Shown piece by piece: positions 28,501 to 40,500 of a DNA stretch of 64,000 bases. The notes beneath the pieces are model-generated. The model was not told where the DNA came from and did not search any database. It was given only the letters and a program-made list of their open reading frames with translations. Position 1 is the stretch's first letter; every line of letters begins with the position of its first letter. The position numbers and the translations under genes were made by a program. This stretch comes from Hemiscyllium ocellatum (lineage: Eukaryota), in the NCBI RefSeq assembly GCF_020745735.1, contig NC_083410.1, forward strand, positions 4,376,117-4,440,116. Direction: 5' to 3'.

Positions 28501-31500
28501 GTCAGTGGCCTGAGGCGGGAATTGAACCCGGGTCTCTGGCGCTGTGAGGCAGCAGTGCTAATCGCTGTGCCACCATGCCGCCCTCTACATTTGTGAGTGA
28601 AGCTGCGAGCTTTCGTCTAGCAAAGCCATTTCACAGAAGAAACTCTATGTTTGTGAGACCATGGAGGGGGTTGTGTGGGTGGTAAGGGTGGGGCGTTATG
28701 GGGAATTATTTGTGGTAATTGTAGGAGGATATTGAAGGGAAATGTGGAATTGATCCAGGGGATTTGCAGAGATATTAATAACATCATGGAGAGTTGGGCA
28801 GTGAGGGGTAGAATGGAGCGTGAGTTGATGCCAATTAAAAGGGCCATGTTCCAGGGATAAATGTGAGGAAGACAAATGTTGAGGATCAGGCTAATGAGGA
28901 TAATTATTTGGGATGAACATTCTGCCAGCCCTTTCCTGATTTGGGGAAAAGAAATGTGCCAATATTCCAGGGTGGGAGACAGATAGCAGGATTGGGACCC
29001 TGGCTGATATCTTTGCATCATCCCTCTGGAAGACTGGAGGGTAACAAATGTTGTGTCCTTATTCAAGAAGGGCTGCAAAGAGAAACCTGAGAACGTTTGA
29101 CGAGTTAAGCCTAACATCTGGCTTAGGTAATTTACTTGAGAAGATTCTGAGGGAGTAGACAGATGTGCATCTGGAAAATCAGGGTTTGATTCGGGGTGGT
29201 CAGCATGGCTTTGTGCGTGGGAGATCATGTCTTATAAATTTGTTAGAGTTCTTTGATGATTTGACTAGAAAGATTGATGAGGGCAGGAGGGTAGGTGTAA
29301 TCTATATGGAATTCTGTAAGGCCTTCAATAAGGTTCCTCATGATAGGCTGGTCAGGAAGGTTAGATTGCATGGAATCCACGGAGAACTGGCAAATTGGAT
29401 ACACACTTGGCTTAAAGGTAGGAAGAAGAAGGTAATAGACGAAGGATGCTTGGAGGAGTGAAGGCCTGTGACTAGTGATGTGCCTCAGGGATCAGTACTT
29501 GGCCCACTATTGTTTGTTATCCATATCAATGATTTGGAAGAGAATGTACAAGGCATGTTTAGTAAATTTTCAGATGACACTAAAATAGACTGTATCATGG
29601 GCAGTCAGGAGGGTTATCTGAAATTGCAGCAAGACCTTGATCAGTTGGGGAAGTGGGCAAAGAAATGGCAAATGAAGTTTAATATAGATAAAGTCAAATC
29701 AAGGTTGGAGATTCATGGTGAATGGTAGGGCCTTTATGAATGTAGTGGAATAGAGGGAAATTGGAGTTCAGGTACACGGTTCTCTGAAAGCAGAGTCACA
29801 ATAGACAGGGCAGTGAAGAAGGCTTTTGGTACATTGACCTTCATCAGTCAGGGCATTGAGTACAGAAGTTGGGAGGTTCTGTTGCAATTGCACAGGATGT
29901 TGGTGAGGCCACAATTGGAATTTTGTGTTCAGATTTGGTCACCATGCTTCAGGAGGGATGCTATTAAAATGGAAAGAGTGCAGGAGAAATTTACAAGGAT
30001 ATTGCCAGGATTCAAAGGACTGAATGATCGGGAGAGGTTGCAAAAGCTAGGAATTTATTTTCCTTTAGAGTGCAGGAGACTGAGTTCAGCGGTGGGAGGC
30101 GGTGTGGTGGGGGGTGGGGGGGTGCGGTGTTGGGTGGAGGGGCAGGGAGTCTGAGAGGTGTGTCAGCATCCATGGACATTATGATTGACATGGACCAGTT
30201 TGGACTGAAGGAGTTGTTTCTGTGCTGTAGGACTTTATGATTCTATGATTATGATTGGTTTGGACAAGGTGTCAGGGAGCTGGGTCTCTGAGCAGCTCCT
30301 GGACATAGGGGGACACAGGGTCAGTTCGTAACCAGGTGATTACCAATGCCAGTGAATACTGAGGGATTCTGTGTATGTGGCAGTGAAACAATTGTGAGGA
30401 TTCAGGGTCAGGTCCTGAGGGAGCAGTGTCTGACTGAACATGACATTGGAATAAGATAAGACAGTAAAATACAGGGATAGAAGTCGGCCATTTGGCCCAT
30501 CTAGCCTGCTTCACCATTCATTTGGATCACGGCTGATCTGATAACCCTCAAACCCACTTTGCTGCCTTTTTCCCTTGACCCTTGACTCGCTCACTAATTA
30601 AATCTCTGTCCATCTCAGCCTTGTATTTCCTGAATGGCCCAGCCATGACAGCCCTCAGTGGGGAAGGATTCCACAGTTTCACAACTTTCTGAGAGAAGAA
30701 ATTTCTCCTTGACTCTGTTTGAAATGTGTGACCCGGTATTCTGAGATTACACCCTCTAGTCTGAGATTATCCCACAAGAGGAAACTAGCTCTCTGCAATT
30801 GACCCTGTATCGCTTCCTCAATATCTTATAGGCTTCACTAAGTTCTTCTCATATTCTCCTAAATCCAGATGAGTACAGGCCGAACCTATTCACCACCTCT
30901 TCATAAGAATATCCCTCCACACCCAGGATCAACTGAGTGAACCTTCTCTGGACTGCCTCCAATGTCAGTGTATTTTTCCTCAGATTAGGGGCCCACAACA
31001 GCCCACATTATTCCAGCTCTGGTTTAACTAGTGCCTTGTATAGATGTAGCAAAGTCTACCTCTTTTAATCCTCTATTCCCTTTGAAATAAAGTCCAACAT
31101 TCCATCTTCCCTCCTTACTCCCTCTGAACTTGGATGCTAGCTTTCGGTAATTCATACACACTCTCCACCCTCCCAGTCCCTCTGTGCTGGGCTGACAAGC
31201 AGTCTTTCCCCTCATGGGAGGCAATGACCAACTGGGATCATCACTTGATTATTAATCCAGATACCCAGGATTTGTTCAGAGACTCCATATTCAAATCCCT
31301 CCATGGAAAATGCTGGACTTTGAATTCCTTAAAAAACCTGGAATTAAACATCTGATGATGACCATGAAATGATTGCTCGGGAAACACCCATCTGGTTTAC
31401 TGCCATTCTTACTGGTTTGGCCTACATGCGACTGCACCCTGAGCGATTACGGATCAGTAATAAATGCTGACTTAGCCAACAATGTTCACATCTTGAATGA

Positions 31501-34500
31501 AGAAATAAAATTGTATTCATCCTATTGAAGTGCATGGCCTTGCATTTACCACAATACATTTCATCTGCCAACATGTTGCCCACTCATTGAACTTGTCTAT
31601 AGCCTTGTGCAGACACTTTGTGTCATTCTCATCATTTGTCTTCCCATTTATTTTTGTGTCAACCACAAACTTTGCTGCAGTAGATTCACTTTCCTCATCT
31701 AGTCATTAATATTGATTGTTAATAATTGTGGCCCAGCACTGAGCCCTATGACACTTCACAAATTGCAGGTGGTTACCCTGAAAATGCACCTTTTGTCACA
31801 ATCCCTGTCAATGTTTTGCTAACCAATCCTCTGTCCTTACTACCTCCAAAATCAAGGCCTCTCATCTTATTCAGTCGCCTGATACGTGGTACCTTATTAA
31901 AAGTGTTTTGCAAATCCAATTGCATGACATCAACTGGATGACCTTTATCTATCTTGCTTTTTACCTCATCAAAGTGTTCCAGTACATTTTTCTGGCATTA
32001 TTTGTCCTTTGTGACGCTATGCTGATTCATGTTTGACATTTCTAAATGTTCTGCCTATACTATCGCCAACACCGTTATCACTATCATTATTATTGTTGCT
32101 ATTGCTGTCGGTGAGCTGTCTCCTTGAACCACAGCAGTCCATGTCCTGCATGTAGACCCATAATGCCCTTAGAGAGAGAATTCCAGCATTTTGACCCAGC
32201 AACACTGAATGAACAGTGATATATTTTCAAGTCAGAATGGTAAGTGGTTTGGAGGAGATATTGCAGGGGTTGGTGGTCCCATGTATCTGTTGCCCTTGCC
32301 TTTTCAAATGGAAGTGAATGTGGGTTTTGATTGTGCTGCAGAAGACATTGACGTGTCCAAAATGTCGAAGAGATTTTCAACAGAATTAAAAAATATTATT
32401 TCACACTCTGTTTATTTAATTATTCCTGTTCCTGTTGATGGGCTTTGATCTGTATCGGTTCCGACTGCAGCTCAATGGTTTCGTGTTCTCTTCTGTTCTC
32501 TCTGTTTAACTCAAAACTCCCATGACTCTGTCAAATCCTTTCAGTATGGCAGTACAGGGAATCTGGTCCTGTGGAAATAAAAGTATTGTTTTTTTTTCTT
32601 TAAAGGTATCAATGGTCCAGTTGTTCTCCAGTCTCCGAGCCTGGAACGTGTCACCGAGGGCCACACTGCCCAGTTGCAGTGCACCATGTGGAACGCCGCA
32701 GTGACACACACTGATGTTCACTGGTACCGACTGTCCCCAGAGCAAATTATGGAGCGAGTTTTAACAGATCCAGGAAGTGGCTCCACACAATGGAGCACAA
32801 GATTCCAGCCTTCCAGAGACTCTTCCAGTAACAGCTTCATTCTGACCATCACAAACGTGCAGCCCAGTGACACTGGGGTCTATTACTGCTCAATCTGGGG
32901 AAAGATCTATGGGAGAGGAAGCCAGCTCATTGTAGACAGTAAGTAGAGTTTACATGACAATCACCTCCAACAATAACTTCTTGCCCAATGAATGAATTGG
33001 AGATCGGTTTGTGATCAAATGCTTGAGGATGTGATGGAGAGTGATCTTGGGAATGGATTCATTGTGAGGAGGAGGCTGAGCTCAGGTTCAATGTTGGTAG
33101 TCAGTGGGAAGAAAGGGAATATTTTTGTGACAATGGGAGGAGGATTTTGTGGGAAATGTGCTTTCTCTTTTACTTGCCCCATTGTGGGAGATTGGGCAGC
33201 CAATAATAGATCAGATGTAACGCAGAAAGATGTGAGGATACTCAGACTGGGAGGAGAAATAAGAACAGTGGAGACAATTTTATTTAAAAGTGCAATTCTA
33301 ATGGGTGCACAAGAGCAGACAGAGCTGGGAGTATACTCCATCATTAAAATAAGTAAAGAAATGTGTAAGAACCACTCTGTAAAATTCTGTAGCCAAACGA
33401 AAGCATTGACTTCACCCAATTCACATGAAAGTGAAGAAATTCTGAGATATCAGCACATTCTAACTTCTGATGTGATGTCCTTGCTGCACTGGGATGGTCT
33501 TGCTTTCAGGTCTTTTTTTTCTCTACAAATGGCAGGAATATTCCTGCAGAGCCGTGTTACCTAGTCTGTGAATGAATGCATGTGAGATTAATGGGATGTC
33601 TTGGGATTAATGGGATTAATCACAAATAGAAATGCAGTTGTTGATCACGTTTTCTGCTTGCTTCAAAAATCTGTCTTGCTGATAATAAATGTCAAGTTTG
33701 AGGTCATTAATCAACCTGCTTTTTGATGACTTTGGCTTGGAGGACTGAAAATAGACAAAATGGCTGCAGTGTCGATTCGGGGACAGATTTAGTATGACTT
33801 GTGGTTAACTGGGGCTTTATTACTCGTACTTCCCCCCCCCCCCCATTAGAGTCTAAACACTGATGAGAGGTGTATGGTTTCTATATAATTTTAATATCAC
33901 TTAGTTTGGAATTTGGACTCTGAACTAGTGGCATGTATGTTTTGATTCTAGTGTATGAGAGGATTTAAAGTTTAAAATGACAATATTTCTGGAGTGATGA
34001 TTGACTTTTTAAAAATAAATCAATCTGACACAAACAATTCTTGGAGTGTGAATGGGAAATTGTTTGTACTGGGAGAGATTTTATGAGCAGACAAAGTGAA
34101 CATTGAAATCATTAGGGTGCTTACAGGTTGATGGAATTGGATTGTATTTCATTTCAGAGAGGCACATATTACTTGGAAAGCCTGATTTTTCTAATTCACA
34201 GAGTTCAGATGGGTGATTAGATTAGATTCCCTTCAGTGAGAAAACAGGTCATTTGACCCAACAAGTCTATGCTGACCCATCAAAGAGTAACCCACTCAGG
34301 ATCATTCCCCTACTTTATGTTTACCCCTGACTAATGCACCCATGGCCAATTCACCAGACCTGCACATCTTTGGATTGTGGGAGGAAACTGATGCACCCAG
34401 AGGAAACCCACGCAAACATGGGGAGAATGTGCAAACTCCACATAGACAGCTGCCTGAGGCAGGGATCGAACTCGGGTCCCTGGCTCTGTGAGAGACAGTG

Positions 34501-37500
34501 TGAACCATTTAGCTACCATGCCACTCAAAATGTGTTCAGTATTTAAACATTTTCTGCTGATGAAAGGTGATAATTTTGAATTGATAAGAGTAGAGGACCT
34601 CAGGAGAAGCAGTTTAAGTTGAGAATTGCCACCCTGAAAATGCCACAATTATCCCAACTCCCTGCCGTTGGGTAGTCAGTAAATCCTCTGTCCTTACAAC
34701 CACGACATTAAGGATTCTCAATGTATTAATGTGTGGTACCTTATCAAAAGCACTTATTTAAATTCAAATTCATTATTGACTGGATCCCCTTCATCTATCC
34801 TGCTTCTTAGCTCATCAAAACATTCCAATACATTTGTCTGGCATTATTTATCCTTAATGACACCATATCGACTCTGCTGAGTCAAACGAGTCATTTCTAA
34901 ATGTTCTGTCTATACCATTATCACCATCATAATTATCATTACTATTATCACCATTAATATTATTGTTAATATTATTGTTGCTATTACTTGTGGGTGAGTT
35001 GCCTTCTTGAACTGCTGCATTCGATATGCTGCAGGTAGATCCATAATGCCCTGAGGGAAGGAATGCCAGGATTTTGACCCAGTGACCATGATGGATGAAG
35101 TAACTCCACAAAAGCTGGTATCTCGTCACCAAGCCACCCTTTTATTGACATGTGCAGAGTCCTTGACACTGATCCATCTCCCTCAGGGCCAGCTCCCAGA
35201 GTGATCATGTGATGATGCTACTTCTTTAACAAGATTTTGTTGTCCTTGGATGTTTTTTTCAGCGACGTAATAATGACACAGATTCCAAAAAGTCTGGGCT
35301 TGGATGGGTTTTAAGGCCAGTTTGATTATAGTTCACAGATACTGCTCAGTCAAAAGGCTTTTGCGTTTTAAAACATAAACACTGGTACATTGAAAAGGGA
35401 GTGGCCAGTTCTCCCAACTCAGCTTACTCTGGTTCGGTTTGGTTTGGTTTTAGCAGTCCGGCTATTCACTGAAAGCAGTCAAGCAATTGTAAAACCTGCT
35501 GGACCCAAAGAAGCAGGTCCATGCTGATCCTCTCTCTGACTCCTCTCCTGCAAGACCCTGTGTTTGATTTTACCTTCTGTGCCAAGAGGAGTTTATGGGG
35601 ATTGTTGCGAGTACTTTGAACAGCTTCATTAAGTTGGGATAATCTATTGGATTTTCAAATAGGTTAAGTTCATCTATATTCTGTTCTTAGTGAGTTTTGA
35701 GAAGATTTATAGCTCAGGTTGAGGTTCTGGATGTAGGTTTGCTTGCTGAGCTGTAAGGTTCATTTTCAAATGTTTCGTCACCATACTAGGTGACATCACC
35801 AGTGAACCTCCAGATGAAGATGTTACCTATTATGATAATGAAACATCTGAAAATGAACGTTCCAGTTCAGCAAGCAAACCTACATCCACATCCTGTTCTC
35901 TTTTGCCTGTGTTTCATTCAGTAATCTTGTAAATAAATTCTGGCTTGTTTAAAATGATGTGGTTTGACTAACAGCATCCGTCCTGGAATATTCATGTTGC
36001 ACCCACTAAAACAGCAAGCAAAGTTAAGGTCTGGGAGACTTTCTGAAAACGTTTTGAGGGGTTCTCGACTGGTCCATAGCAGATTGGGGGCTGTTTGCAG
36101 GATTTGTTCTTTCACTCCAATTTGGGATTCAGGTTGTTGGACTCAAAGGCAAAGAGTGGTCGGTGTTAGTGTCTTTTGTTCCGGGTGTTGAATTCAGTGA
36201 TTTAAACAGTGCTTAGGAGAGCAATGGCTCTTTCGGTCACCAAGAGGTTTCTGGGTGTGGAAGAAGTGACTTTGGGGTTTTACAAGAGGTGGTTAAGGCC
36301 AAGCTGCTGGAATTATCAGACAAGCTGGGGTTGGAGCTGCCTCCTTCCATGAGGAAAGGAGAGAAAATTGCAGCAATAATTCAGCATTTACATTTACTGG
36401 TAATGCCATTAGAATCTTTAGAGATGGCTAATATTTAATTGAAAATGAAACAGTTTGTATTATGATTAAAAGCAGAGGAAAGGAAGAACGGATTAATGGC
36501 TTTACTAGAACAAAAAGAAAAGAGAGAAAAGGAGCAAGAAAGAGTGAGATAAAGAGAAAGAAAGAAGAGAGTAAAGGAAGAAAGAGAGGGAGCTTGAACT
36601 TCAGAAATTGGCACTTAGCCTGGAAAGCCAACTGAAAAGGATGGAGCTGAAGACTGAAGGTAAGCTGAGTGAGGAAGAAAGTGATGATGAGCAAACTCAT
36701 GGTAGTTAAAGGCCTGGGGAGAAACTGTTTAAATATATTCAAGCATTGTCTAAATTTGATGAGAAGGATTTGGAAGCCTTTCTCATCTCATTTGAAAAGG
36801 TGGCTAAACAAATGCGATGGCCCGTGACCATGTCGGTTTTGTTGATCCAAACAAAACTTGTAAGTAGAGCTAGTGAGGTATTTGCATCACTATCAGAGGA
36901 ACTATCTGGGGCGTAAGAGGAGGTGAAGAGAACCATCTTAAGTGCAGATGAGCTGGTACCTGAAGCCAACTTGGTGAAAGTGAGGACTGCAGATGCTAGA
37001 GATCAGATTCAAGATGAGAGTCCTTGGATGCTGCCTGACCTCCTGAGCTTTTCCAGCACCACTGTCACCTTGCACCAGAAGTCTCCAGGCAACATTTCAG
37101 GAATCTAAGGAGGGACACGAGTCAAACCTACAAACAAAGGAATTTTGATAGTTGGATACGGGCAGTAAAAACAAAGCAAAGATTACTATTTAAAAATTCA
37201 CCTCCTAAATTAGTGAGAACTCATATGGAAGAGCACTGAGTTAAAACAGCAAGATTAGCAGCTGGAATGACTGATGGTTATGAGTTGGTTCATAAATCAA
37301 AGGTTAGCTTCCAAAATCAATTTCAGTCCATGGGGGATGGAAATTGGGGAAAAGAAAATTCCTCACATGGAGACAGAAAGGTAGATCTTGGTGATGATCA
37401 TAAGGATAACTTGCCATGGGTGAAAAAGGAATCCTTGAAGGTGAAAGGGAAGTTAAAAAGCTTTCATATTTTCATTGCAATAAAGTAAGCCACATGAAGT

Positions 37501-40500
37501 CACAGTCGTGGTGAGTTAGGAAAAGGACTGGGAAGCCAGATATAGGAAAACAGGATAAGCCAGTGACTTTTATTGGAGTGGTCATGGAAAGCACAGTGGA
37601 GGCTTGGAAGCTGCACCAGAATGTACAAGCTGGTCAGAGGTTGGCTAAGGAGGAAGTGCCAGATCTTTTTAAACCATGTACCTGCAAAAGTAAAGTTTAC
37701 CTGAATAGGCCAGGAGCAGCAGGTAAAGAGGTTAGAATATTAAGAGATACAGAATCGTCTCAATCTGTGATGCTGAAAGATGAGGATATACGTACGTCTG
37801 AAGGACTATTGCCAGAAAAGGTATTAGTACCAGGAATTCAAGATAAGACAAGAAGTTCTCAATTATGTAAAGTGAGCTTAGAGTGTCCAGTGAAGAATAG
37901 AAACATCTTGGGAGGAGGACTGGACAAACTCTTAGCTCTAGGAATACAATTTGTCCTTGCTAATGATATAGCTGGTTCACAGGTCAGAGTGCTACCTACT
38001 GTGATTGGACAGCCAGCAGAAACTCAGGCAATTGAATTATTGCAGGACACATATCCTGGGACTTTTCCTGACTGTGTGGCAATGATGCTACAAAGTCACT
38101 AGTTGAAACAGTGAGATCAAAGTGTACTAATAAGATAGTTGAATTGGAATAAGCAGAGACCCTGTTTCATCTGTTGGTTGGCACAAACTGAGAGTAGATA
38201 GATGATTGAGCAGACATCTTTAGCTCAGATAAATTAACTGAGTTACTGCAGAAAGATGAAAATATAGAGCAATTGGACCAAAAGGCATATGCAAGAAAAA
38301 GTTATAAATCACACAACACCAGCTTATAGTCCAACAGGTTTAATTGGAAGTGCTAGTTTTCAGAGCACCGCTCCTTCATCAGGTGGTTGTGGAGGACACA
38401 ATTGTAAGACACGGAATTTAGGGCAGAAGTTTACAGTGTGAACTTATATGTAACTGAAATTATACATTGAAAAATACCTTGATTGTTTGTTGAGTCTTTC
38501 ATCTGTTAGAATACATGACAGTTTCACTTCTTTCATAGGCACAACACATACCTTTTTTTTTAAAGTTACATTCTCAGGTAAACTGTAACAATTGGTGTCA
38601 GCTAGATAATATGTTGACGGTGTTAGCCCCCTGTGTTCCTTGTCTGACAAGATATTTTTCAATGTATAATTTCAGTTACATCACACTGTAAAATTTTGCT
38701 ATAAATTCTGTGCCTTACAATAGTATCCTCCACAACCACCTGATGAAGGAGCAATGCTCCAAAAGCTAGTGCTTCCAATTAAACCTGTTGGACTATAACC
38801 TAGTGTTGTGTGATTTTTAACTTTGCACACCCAATCCAACACTGGCAAAAGAACCTGAAGGTTATTATCATAAAAATTAGGTCTTAATGAGGATATGGAG
38901 ACCATCACATATTCAGGTAGATGAGAAATGGGAAGAAGTTAGTGGGCGGCACGGTGGCACAGTGGTTAGCACTGCTGCCTCACAGTGCCTGAGACCCGGG
39001 TTCAATTCCCGCCTCAGACGACTGACTGTGTGGAGTTTGCACATTCCCCCCGCGTCTGTGTGGGTTTCCTCCGGTTGCTCCGGTTTCCTCCCACAGTCCA
39101 AAGATGTGCGGGTCAGGTGAATTGGCCATGCTAAATTGCCCGTAGTGTTAGGTAAGGGGTAAATGTAGTGGTATGGGTGGGTTGTGCTTCGGCGGGTCGG
39201 TGTGGACTTGTTGGGCCAAAGGGCCTGTTTCTACACTGTAAGTAATCTAATCTAATCTAATCTAAAACACGTCATATTGCCAGTGGGTTATCTAGCCTGG
39301 TACATAACAAGCAGAACCTCTAACACTCCTGTTTTTATCTGTCAGCCAGGTCTCCCTGGTTGAACCCAAACAGGGACTGACCACATTAGAGTAACTCCAA
39401 AGAAACAATGATATATTCCTAGACAGGATGATGAGTGGTTTGGAGGCGAACTTGCAGGGGGTGGTATTCCTCTTTATCTGCTGTCCTTATCCTTCTCAAT
39501 GGAAGAGAACCTGCTGCAGAAAAAAATGGCGCATCTAAATTGTTGATCAGATTCCGACAAGAGTTGGGAAATATTATTCAACATGCTGTTTATTTAATTA
39601 CTTCTGTTTATGTTGATGGATCTTTTCCATCTAAATCAGCCACAGAATCATCTCAATCATTCAGTGTAATAATGTGTTCTCTCTGTTTAACTCAAAATTC
39701 CTACCACTCTGTCAGATCCTTTCAATACAGCAGCACAGAGAATCTGCTCTTGTGGGAATAAACTGATTGTTATCTGTTTCTTTAAAGGTATCACTGGTCC
39801 AGTCCTTCTCCAGTCTCCAAGCCTAGAACATGTCACCCAGGATCACACTGCCCGGTTCCAGTGCACCATGAGGAATGCCATAGTGACACACACCGGTGTT
39901 CACTGGTACCGACTCTCTGCAAAAGAAATTATGGAGTGGGTTTTAACACATCCAGAAAGTGGCTCCACAGAATGGAGTCCAGGATTCACTGAGCGATTCC
40001 AGCCTTCCAGAGACCCCTCCAGTAACAGCTTCATTCTGACCATCAAACACGTGCAGCCCAATGACAATGGGGTTTATTATTGCTTAGTCTTGGGAAGGAT
40101 ATATGGGGGAGGAAGCCAGCTCAATATCACCAGTAAGTATAGTTTACATAACAATCTCCTCCTGCGTTAAGGGCGGCACGGTGGCACAGTGGTTAGCACT
40201 GCTGCCTCACAGCGCCTGAGACCCGGGTTCAATTCCCGACTAAGGCGACTGACTGTGTGGAGATTTTACATTCTCCCCGTATCTGCGTGGGTTTCCTCCG
40301 GGTGCTCCGGTTTCCTCCCACAGTCCAAAGATGTGCGGGTCAGGTGAATTGGCCATGCTAAATTGCCCGTAGTGTTAGGTAAGGGGTAAATGTAGGGGTA
40401 TGGGTGGATTGCGCTTTGGCGGGTCGGTGTGGACTTGTTGGGCCGAAGGGCCTGTTTCCACACTGTAAGTAATCTAATCTAATCTAATCAATAACCTCCT

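Larger units (their letters stand above)
35208..39300 (+). mobile_element. Gmr1-like Gypsy LTR element remnant (LTR, SCAN-related gag, protease, start of integrase region) with nested insertions
   Basis: FDEKDLEAFLISFEKVAKQMRWP..LSEE..EVKRTILSADELVPEA (gag); RILRDTESSQS (DTG-like protease); GYY..LMRIWRP and HVILPVGY following directly. Confidence 0.7.

Noticed and set aside
32992-33564. 190-aa ORF after V3
   Set aside because: No recognisable domain or splice sites; the paralogous sequence after V1 is interrupted by an extra segment of about 430 bp.
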